Of a DNA stretch of 64,000 nucleotides, positions 48,146-56,800 are shown piece after piece. The DNA is taken from contig JBITAJ010000025.1 of assembly GCA_044440125.1 (NCBI GenBank), positions 1-64,000 of the forward strand. The letters are read 5' to 3'. The position numbers and the translations under genes are program-made. Below the pieces are notes generated by a model, which ran no database searches, was not told the origin of the DNA, and worked only from the letters and a program-made list of their open reading frames with translations. The first letter of the stretch is position 1; each line of letters begins with the position of its first letter. Origin of the DNA: Sedimentisphaeraceae bacterium JB056. Lineage in GTDB: Bacteria; Planctomycetota; Phycisphaerae; Sedimentisphaerales; Sedimentisphaeraceae.

Positions 48146-50407
48146 ATGAATAAGATTCTAAGATACGACAAACCTTCTTCTGACTGGTTCGAGAGGATGC
48201 CCATCGGTTGCGGCAGACTTGGTGCAATGGTAAGCGGCGAGCCTCTTAAAGAAACGATCCTTCTTGATGAGGAAAGTGTCTGGGCCGGCTTCCCGGCAGA
48301 TTGGGATCATCCCGGAGCTGCGCAATACCTCGGCCAAATTCGCGATCTGATATTTTCCGGTCGTTACAATGAGGCCAGGGAACTTGGCCAGCAGCATATG
48401 ACAGGCTTTTTCAATCATTACGGCACGCATCTGCCCGCCGGTTCGCTGCTCATCGAATACGATCACGGCAGCGGGGATATAAGCTCTTATCGCCGTGAGC
48501 TGGATATGGCCCGGGCCGTGGCAAAAGTCAGCTATGAAGCAGGCGGTATAAACTACAGCCGTGAGTATTTCGCATCGCATGTAGATGATGTTGTATGCAT
48601 CCGCCTCAGCGGCGATAAGGCATCGGCTGTTAACGCGGCATTCTCACTGCAGAGCGAAAATCAGAATATCGAAATCGACTTCACCGGTAATTCTCTGCGA
48701 ATGTTCTGCAAATGCCGCGATGGCGGTGTTGACCTTGTTATTGCTGTAAAGTTTGAGGTAGAGGGCGGCAGTTATAATGTTGCTGAAGGACGTTTCACGG
48801 TGAATGCCGCCGATTCTGTTATTATCTTTATAGATATACAGACATCATATCGCAGCAAAGAATACGCTGCGGCTGTCGATGAAAAATTTGAGGCACTCAA
48901 AGACAAGTCTTTTGAACGGATATTAAATGACCACAGTCTTGATTTCGGTTCACTGTTTAACAGGGTGGACTTTAAGCTTGAGGGCCCTGATTTGAGCGAC
49001 TTGACTACCGGCGAGCGTTTTGAGCGTTTCCGCCGGGAAAAAGATGATCTCGATCTGATAACCAAATTCTTCGATATGGGCAGGTATCTGCTTATTTCAT
49101 GTTCGAGGAGAGGTTCTCTTGCGGCTCACCTTCAGGGTGTGTGGAACGACAACAAGGCCGCGAATATGGGCTGGACGTGTGATTACCATCTCGATATCAA
49201 TACCCAGATGAATTACTGGCCCGCTGAAGTCTGCAATCTTTCAGAATGTCACGAGCCGCTATTTGATCTCATCAAGGCTCTTGTCGAGCCGGGAAGAAAA
49301 ACCGCTCAGATTCACTACGGCTGCCGCGGCTGGACCGCCCATGCCGTAACCAACCTTTGGGGTTTTACCTCACCTGGTATATCGGAAAGATGGGCCTTTT
49401 TCCCAACGGGCGGTCTTTGGGCTGCACTGCATATGGTCGAACACTACCGCTTTACTGGCGACAGAAGCTTCCTTGAGCAAACTGCTTATCCTGTGCTTAA
49501 AGAAGCGGCTGATTTCTTTCTCGATTTTCTCGTTGAAGACCCTAAATGCGGCTATCTTGTAACCTGTCCGGCGACCTCGGAAGAGAATATATTCCAAACG
49601 CCCGACGGCCAGATGGCAAGCGTCTGCGCCGGCCCCACTTGCGATAACGTCCTCCTGCGTGAATTGTTCGGCTTCTGCATAGAGGCCTCTCAATTGCTTG
49701 ATGTGGATAATTCGCTTCGTGAAAAATGGAGAGCCGCCGCAGACAGGCTGCCGCCCTTCATTATAACCTCTGACGGCAGGCTTCAGGAGTGGCTTGAGGA
49801 TTTCGATGAGCCCGAACCCGAGCACCGCCACATATCCCATCTTCTCGGCGTCCACCCGTTCAGTCAGATAACTCCCGAGCATACCCCGCAGCTTGCCGAG
49901 GCCGCCCGCCGTGTTGTTGAGCATAAAATGACCACCAAAGGCTGGGAGGCAGTAGGCTGGAACAGATCGTGGAATATTAATATCTTCGCCGCCCTTGGAC
50001 TTGGCGAAAAAGCGTATGACAATATTATGGGACTCTTTGATATAACGGCTTCGAGCCTGCTTACTTATCATCCCCCATTTGCCACTGCAGAAGAAAATAT
50101 ATTTGAGATGGATGGAAATACCGGTGCCACTGCGGGCATTGCTAATATGCTGTTGCAAAGCAATAACGGAGTTATCCATATTTTGCCTGCATTGCCGCAA
50201 AGCTGGAAAGCCGGCAGCATCAAAGGGCTCCGCTGCTGCGGCGGCTTTGAAGCGGACATATTCTGGAGCGAGGGCAAACTTGTAAAAGCAGTAATAAGAT
50301 CGCTTCTTGGAAATGATTGCAGCCTCAGCTACAAACAAAAGCGGATAAACTTTAAAACTCAAAAAAATAGTGAATATTTAATTAACGATAAACTAGAATT
50401 AATATGA
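48146..50407 (+). CDS. GH95 alpha-L-fucosidase
   Basis: MPIGCGRLGAM, FDMGRYLLISCSR, LQGVWN, YHLDINTQMNYW, ATSEEN, HRHISHL, FEMDGNTG. Confidence 0.92.
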   Translation: MNKILRYDKPSSDWFERMPIGCGRLGAMVSGEPLKETILLDEESVWAGFPADWDHPGAAQYLGQIRDLIFSGRYNEARELGQQHMTGFFNHYGTHLPAGSLLIEYDHGSGDISSYRRELDMARAVAKVSYEAGGINYSREYFASHVDDVVCIRLSGDKASAVNAAFSLQSENQNIEIDFTGNSLRMFCKCRDGGVDLVIAVKFEVEGGSYNVAEGRFTVNAADSVIIFIDIQTSYRSKEYAAAVDEKFEALKDKSFERILNDHSLDFGSLFNRVDFKLEGPDLSDLTTGERFERFRREKDDLDLITKFFDMGRYLLISCSRRGSLAAHLQGVWNDNKAANMGWTCDYHLDINTQMNYWPAEVCNLSECHEPLFDLIKALVEPGRKTAQIHYGCRGWTAHAVTNLWGFTSPGISERWAFFPTGGLWAALHMVEHYRFTGDRSFLEQTAYPVLKEAADFFLDFLVEDPKCGYLVTCPATSEENIFQTPDGQMASVCAGPTCDNVLLRELFGFCIEASQLLDVDNSLREKWRAAADRLPPFIITSDGRLQEWLEDFDEPEPEHRHISHLLGVHPFSQITPEHTPQLAEAARRVVEHKMTTKGWEAVGWNRSWNINIFAALGLGEKAYDNIMGLFDITASSLLTYHPPFATAEENIFEMDGNTGATAGIANMLLQSNNGVIHILPALPQSWKAGSIKGLRCCGGFEADIFWSEGKLVKAVIRSLLGNDCSLSYKQKRINFKTQKNSEYLINDKLELI

Positions 50408-50432
50408 TTTTACGATTAGAAAGGTTATTGAA

Positions 50433-51986
50433 TTGAAGTACATAAATATTTTTCATGCTAATTTGAATTATGCATATCTTACGCCTGATATGTACGAATT
50501 TGTGATTCGTACGGCTTATGAGATGACCATTGATACAATGCGTGAGGTTTTCCCTGATACGCAGTATGTATTTGAGGCTTCGGGTTATACGATTGAGCAG
50601 ATGGCATTCAAGACGCCTGATGTGCTCGAAAAGCTTAAAGCGGCTATTTCAAGCGGTCAGTGTGAGTTTATGGGTTCACCATATGCACATCCTATGTTGC
50701 CGAACTTTCCTAAAGAGGATGGCGATTGGTCATTGAAGTTCTCAAACGATGTGTATGATAGGTATCTTGGTATGCGTCCGAAGAGCTTCTGGAATCCTGA
50801 ATGCGGCTGGAGAAGCTATGTTCCACAGCAGGTCGTTGATGCTGGTTATGAGAATCTTGTAGGCGATTTCGAGGCATACAGTATTGCCAAAAAGCCTGAC
50901 GGCACTCCGCAACGCCCGGAAATATATGAAGTTGAATACACCGAAGAGAAGAAATTCTACAATTTCGGGTCAAGATATGATCTGCCCGGTGATGAAAAAG
51001 CATTGCATTTCCCATTTGCAAACACTCAGGGAGTAGAGGGAAAGCTTAAAACATTCCTTAGAAGTGACAGGGTTTGTCAGTTTGGTGTTCGCTACTTCAT
51101 GGATATGGAGGGCTACAGTCTTGATGAGTATATGGAGCTTATCAAGAAGTATTCACAGCAGAAGGAAGGCGAGCCGGAAGGTGCATTGGTGATATTTGCT
51201 GATGATGCCGAGTATATAGGCACTAACGGTTGGTTTAAGCTGAAATTTATGAATCAGCCGGATAATGTTTTTGAGGCTGTAGAGACAGCACGTCAGAAGC
51301 TGATTGATCTGATTACCGAATGTAAGAAACTTGGCGAGTTTACAACATTTAATGATGCATGCAGTAATCTGCCGACTATCGATGAAACATTGTATTTTGA
51401 TGATGATGCGGCATGGCATGGTGCACGTGCTTCTGTTTGGGCTGAAACACCAATGGCAAGATTGCTCCGACCTTGGCAGGATCTTGTACGTGAGAAACTT
51501 CTCGATGCTGCGGATCTCAGCGAGGAAGAAAAAGAGATGGCCTGGTATCATCTGACCAACTCATACAATTCAGATGGTCAGTGGCCTCCAACTTTGCCGC
51601 AGGCTCCGCATATCATTCATCCATTCAATTACGGTTATTGTTTTGATAATCTGCTTGCCGCGGAAATGATCGTTGGTGGTGTTGACCGCTCAAAACTTAC
51701 TACTGACCCGATTGTTACGCTTAAGGAAATCCTGACTATCCAGCAGGATCTGGTGCTTGCTAAGGCAGAAAAAATAATGGCTGAAGGCGACCCGCAGGAA
51801 AAAAGTGATGCAGCTAAGGCAAAGAGTATGGTACTCAAGTCGAGAAACTATGACAGTATCATTGAAGGTGGTGCGAAGGTGCTTTACGCATCGGAATATA
51901 CTGTAAGGGCTGAAGCTCTCGCACAAGCCCGACGACTTGTTGGTGGTGTGAAGATTGAAGATGTATCGCAAAGCATGAAAAAGTAA
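50433..51986 (+). CDS. GH57-family glycoside hydrolase (TTG start)
   Basis: GH57 conserved regions FHANL, EFMGSPYAHP, FWNPE (nucleophile Glu), ADDAE (acid/base) and NSDGQWP. AAGG SD upstream. Confidence 0.75.
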   Translation: MKYINIFHANLNYAYLTPDMYEFVIRTAYEMTIDTMREVFPDTQYVFEASGYTIEQMAFKTPDVLEKLKAAISSGQCEFMGSPYAHPMLPNFPKEDGDWSLKFSNDVYDRYLGMRPKSFWNPECGWRSYVPQQVVDAGYENLVGDFEAYSIAKKPDGTPQRPEIYEVEYTEEKKFYNFGSRYDLPGDEKALHFPFANTQGVEGKLKTFLRSDRVCQFGVRYFMDMEGYSLDEYMELIKKYSQQKEGEPEGALVIFADDAEYIGTNGWFKLKFMNQPDNVFEAVETARQKLIDLITECKKLGEFTTFNDACSNLPTIDETLYFDDDAAWHGARASVWAETPMARLLRPWQDLVREKLLDAADLSEEEKEMAWYHLTNSYNSDGQWPPTLPQAPHIIHPFNYGYCFDNLLAAEMIVGGVDRSKLTTDPIVTLKEILTIQQDLVLAKAEKIMAEGDPQEKSDAAKAKSMVLKSRNYDSIIEGGAKVLYASEYTVRAEALAQARRLVGGVKIEDVSQSMKK

Positions 51987-52000
51987 TACGAAAAACAAGA

Positions 52001-52034
52001 GCGGCTTTATCAAAATATGGTAAAGCCGTTTTTT
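52001..52034 (+). terminator. Rho-independent terminator ending the long plus-strand cluster
   Basis: GCGGCTTTA...TAAAGCCGT stem followed by a T-tract, 14 nt after the stop. Confidence 0.8.
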
Positions 52035-52216
52035 ATTACCATTTTTAGTGTTTTTCAGATTTATATTTGAAAATTTCTTGAAAAGACAACCATACCTGCG
52101 GATTAGATGAAAGACTCATTAAATTCTAATAATACTTGTTTATAGTACATGCCTATGCGGTCTTATTACAAAATATATTGATAATTTTGGCAAGGCTGTG
52201 TATATTAATAAAGATA

Positions 52217-52245
52217 TTGACTCAAATTGTTTAATTCAGTATTAA
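52217..52245 (+). promoter_or_regulatory. Sigma70-like promoter upstream of alkaline phosphatase
   Basis: TTGACT-N17-TATTAA, sharing flanking sequence with the promoter at 4874. Confidence 0.45.
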
Positions 52246-52391
52246 ACTTATAGATCAAAAAGGTTTGTTTTATAAGTTGAGTTGGTGGATATTGAAATAG
52301 TTAGTTCTATGTTAACTGACGTAGATGAATAAAAACAATGTTTTGATTATTTGAATGATATTTTAATAAATTATAAATTGGCAGAGTAAAA

Positions 52392-53801
52392 ATGGAAAAA
52401 ACAAAAAGAATGAACAGGTTAGTTGTATTATTTACTGTCTTTTTCTTTGCAATACAAGTTGCCTTTAGTGCCGATAAAGCACCTAAATACATATTCTTGC
52501 TTATTGGAGACGGCATGGGAACGAATATGCGTACTGTTGCCGACTCTTATTATCAAAGCAAACAGCTTTGCTCTGGAGTTAAAAAATCAGAGCTTCAAAA
52601 GCTTGAAATTAATGATATGCCCTTTACTGGTAATATGACGACCTTTTCCCTGAATTCAGACATCACAGATTCAGCCGCCGCAGTTACAGCGATGTCAACC
52701 GGCTATAAGACGAATAATGGGATGATAGGAGTCGTAGGTGGTAGTGATTCAGTTGAAACAGTGGCTGAATATGCGAAAAAAAATGGCATTAAAGTGGGTA
52801 TTTTGTCTTCTGTTTGGCTCAATCACGCAACTCCGGCCGGTTTTTATGCACATCAGGATTCCAGGTATAATTATTATGAGATTGCCGAAGAAATAGCAAG
52901 TTCTGGTTTTGATTTTTTTGGAGCCAGCGGTGTTAAAGATCCCGAGAAAGGCGATAGGAATATATACCAGCTTGTGAAAGATAGCGGGTATACAATAATT
53001 GATTCACCGCGAAGTACATCTGAAATCCAGGATATAGACGGTAAACTTTGGCTTTTTGATAAGAATTATCCTAATCTGCCGTATGAAATTGATGGCGAAG
53101 ATTCGGTTACTTTGGCTAATTACACTGACACATGCATAGAGCGGCTCTATAATTCAATCGGTTTTTTCATAATGGTTGAAGGTGGAAAAATTGATTGGGT
53201 TTGTCATTCAAACGATCTTGCTTCCGCTATAAAAGAAACATTGGCTTTTAATGAAGCTTATAAGGTTGCATATGAGTTTTATAAGGAGCATAGCGAAGAT
53301 ACATTGATAATTGTTGTCGCAGATCATGAGACCGGAGGCCTGAACTTAGAGAACAGTAAGATTGATATAAATAATTTTGCTTCATTAATTGATGGACAGT
53401 CAGGCTCTGATGTGAAGTTTCAGGAGTTGCTGAAACAGCTTGAGAATGACAAGATTGACAATGAGGCAGCTTTTGAAAAAATGAGAGATTTTTTTGGATT
53501 GGAGAAAATCACAGAATCTGAAAGAAAAACAATTGAGCAGGCGTATATGAAGGGCGGAACACAGAGCGAAGATTTCTCATACGGCAACAATCACAGCATA
53601 ACGATAGCTTGGACCCAATTGCTTGCAAAGCGAGCAGGTATCCAATGGGATACTATGTCTCATACATCGACAACGGTTCAGATTACGGCTATAGGCGTAG
53701 GTGCAGAATATTTTGCAGGCAATATTGATAATACCTGCTTAGCAAGATACATCAAGGATTTTATAGAACAGTCACGATCTGAACTTGAATCGCAAGATTA
53801 G
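52392..53801 (+). CDS. phoA: Alkaline phosphatase (PhoA family), secreted
   Basis: Signal peptide; IGDGMG, TDSAAA (Ser nucleophile), HATPA, MVEGGKID..H.N, ADHETGG. Confidence 0.9.
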   Translation: MEKTKRMNRLVVLFTVFFFAIQVAFSADKAPKYIFLLIGDGMGTNMRTVADSYYQSKQLCSGVKKSELQKLEINDMPFTGNMTTFSLNSDITDSAAAVTAMSTGYKTNNGMIGVVGGSDSVETVAEYAKKNGIKVGILSSVWLNHATPAGFYAHQDSRYNYYEIAEEIASSGFDFFGASGVKDPEKGDRNIYQLVKDSGYTIIDSPRSTSEIQDIDGKLWLFDKNYPNLPYEIDGEDSVTLANYTDTCIERLYNSIGFFIMVEGGKIDWVCHSNDLASAIKETLAFNEAYKVAYEFYKEHSEDTLIIVVADHETGGLNLENSKIDINNFASLIDGQSGSDVKFQELLKQLENDKIDNEAAFEKMRDFFGLEKITESERKTIEQAYMKGGTQSEDFSYGNNHSITIAWTQLLAKRAGIQWDTMSHTSTTVQITAIGVGAEYFAGNIDNTCLARYIKDFIEQSRSELESQD

Positions 53802-53838
53802 AGCAGTTTTACTTCTCTTTATTGCCCATTTATAAATT

Positions 53839-56800
53839 TTAAGGGTTCAATCCCACCTCTACAACTGCGTAATGTTCGTTGCCATCATCAAATAGATGTA
53901 TTTTGTTGTCATGTTGTTTATTATTATCAACCATTACGCTTCGTGTGTTCCAGGTGTCGCTTCCGGTCTGAATGATTCGTATATGGAAGAACGTGTTTCG
54001 ATAGCAATAATGCAGAGTATATTCGTTCCATTGTTCAGGGATCAGTGGTGAAAAAGACAATGTGTTTGCTTCGACTTTAAGTCCCAGCAAGTGTTCAACT
54101 GTGAACTGATACATCCATCCTGCTGATCCTGTGTACCATGTCCAGCCTCCTCTTCCTTCATGTCCTGGTGTTGAATAAATGTCTGCCGGCATTACATACG
54201 GCTCTACTTTATAGACAGATGCTGTTTCTGCTGAAGCCGATCGTTTTATAGGATTAAGCATTGTGAATAATTCCCAGGCTTGTTCGATTTTACGGCTGCG
54301 GGCAACAGCGATGGCCGCCCATATTGCCGCATGTGTGTATTGCCCTCCATTTTCACGAACACCCGGTATATACGCCCGAATATAGCCAGGATCCATTTCT
54401 GTACCATCAAAAGGCGGGTCTAAAAGATGGATTGTTCTGGTTTTAGGATCTATTAATCGTTTTAACGCTGACTCTAATGCCTGTTTGGATCTGGCTGGAT
54501 CAGTAGCCCCAGTGAGTATAGACCAGGTTTGCGGAAGCAGATCGATACTGCACTGGCTGTTGACTGAAGAGCCAAGAGGGCTCCCATCATCAAAGAAGGC
54601 ACGTAAGTACCACTCTCCATCCCATGCGTTCTGATCTATATTCTGCTGCAGTTTCGCAGCCTCATCTTGACACTTCTTTACAAGATCATTATCTTCTCGC
54701 AGCTTGGCGATATCCGTGAATGAATGCAGAATGTCGTAAATGAAAAATCCCAGCCAAACACTTTCTCCCTTTCCCTCGCAGCCTACACGGTTCATGCCGT
54801 CATTCCAGTCGCCTGCACCAATGAGAGGTAAACCATGAGCACCATAATTTATTGCATGATTTATCGCACAAACACAGTGTTCATAAATTGAGCCAGATTT
54901 CTCTGAAACTTGCGGCATCCCATAATGGCTTTCCTCTCCAGGCTCGAGTTGAGCGGCTTCGAGGAATGATACCTGTTCATCAAGTATGCCTGTATCTCCG
55001 GTTGCTTTAATATAACGGCAAGTTACATAGACAAGCCAGAGATAATCATCTGAAATTTGTGTTCGAACGCCGCGTCCCGTTGGCGGATGCCACCAGTGCT
55101 GCACATCTCCCTCGATAAACTGTCTGCTTGCGCACAATAGTATCTGATCTCTGGTAATCCAGGGACACTCATACAAGAAAGCGAGAGAATCTTGCAGTTG
55201 ATCGCGGAACCCAAAGGCGCCACCGGACTGATAAAAACCGCTGCGTCCCCAAACACGGCAGCCTAAGGTTTGATACAGCAGCCAGTGGTTGACAAGCAGA
55301 TCTACAGAAAGATCAGGCGTCTCTACATAAACTCTGCCTAAATCTCGTTTCCACTTATCCCAAACCTCTTCAAGAATATGCCTTGCTCCGTCAACGCCGC
55401 TGCTTTGTGCCAGAATTGATCTTGCATGCTGTTCGTTGTCTGCACCTCCAAGCATGAATACTAATTGTACTTGTTCTCCTGGGGGTATTTCTACGAATGT
55501 CTGTATCGCAGCGCATGGGTCTGTCCCGGCACCGACCTGATTTGACAGATTCACTCGTCTCATTGCTTCGGGCGAGCTTAGTGAACCGTTACGTCCAATG
55601 AATTCTGTCCTTGAGGTTGTTAGGGTTCGAAGCATATGACTGCAATTGAAGAATCCGACGCATGTGTTAAAGTCGGCTTTATAGGTGTTGCATGCAAAAA
55701 TAGCACCGGTTTGTGCATCAAGTCGAGTTACTACATTCATTGAGTTTCTTGCCCGGCTTTCTCCAAGTACCCATTCTACAAAACCGGTCAAACTCAACTT
55801 TCGCTTACGGTTTGAAAGATTGCGAAGCGTTATGTTTGTAAGTTTTATAGGCAACTGTGCGGCCGTGTAAGTGAACGTTTCAGAAAAGATATCATCTTCT
55901 GTATGCTCAAAAGCGGAATATCCTAATCCATGTCGCGATACATAAGAACCTTGGTTGTTTACTGGCCAGGGCATTGGCGACCAGAATCTTCCGGTTTCCT
56001 CATCACGTATGTAAAAGGCTTCACCGCTAATATCACTTACGGCATCATTGTACCAAGGTGTCAGTCGGAATTCGTGTGCATTTTTGAACCATGTGTAAGC
56101 ACTGCCGGATTCACTGACTACAGAACCGAAATTAGGATTGGCCAAAACATTAACCCATGGAGCAGGAGTTACAACTCCTGGTTTAATCATTGTTACGTAT
56201 TCCCTGCCGTCAGGAGTAAAGCCGCCCCAACTATTAAAGTAGGCAAGCTCTCGTTCAGGAAGTTGTTTTTCCTGAGGTGTCATTTCCTCGGCGTTGCGTG
56301 ACGGTTTGAAAATAGGTTGGTCAGGTTGCGGCAGAGTATAGCGGTCAAGATGCTCGGATAATGTTCCAACTCGGTCGCTGAGAACTATTCTGCTTACGGC
56401 TTTAAGCAGCATCCGATCATCTTCGGTTACTTGATCCATATTCCTTACAAATATGCCTGCCGGTTGATTTAGGGCTTTAGCTTCAAGATTTACATTTATC
56501 AAACCGATAATTGCATCCATGAGCGTTTGCCTGTATCCTGAATATGCTTCACATAGAATGACCAAATCTGTTTTTAATCCCTTGCATCGCCAATACGCAT
56601 GGGCTTTAATGACCTGAAGTACAAGATCGAGACCTGAAAGATCTGAAACTCTAAGTAATACGATAGGCAGATCGCCCGATATACCGTATGCCCAGAGGTC
56701 TGATTGTCCCTTCCTGTTGCGGGCTATCAAGCTGGCGCGTGCACGTAAATGAGGGTTTGCATATATCAAAAGCCCTGCGAGCTGACTGAATAGCTGACTG

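Noticed and set aside
32739..49245. Exact 23-nt and 20-nt DNA matches between the two GH95 genes (32739-32785 vs 49199-49245)
   Set aside because: They fall in the most conserved protein motif (NTQMNYWPAEVCNLSE), which is rich in low-degeneracy codons. Protein conservation explains them without gene conversion.
25763..50362. Long antisense ORFs (e.g. 25763-26800, 38071-39012, 44483-45562, 49370-50362)
   Set aside because: Each lies entirely opposite a well-supported gene and has no recognisable motifs, as expected for codon-bias shadow ORFs.
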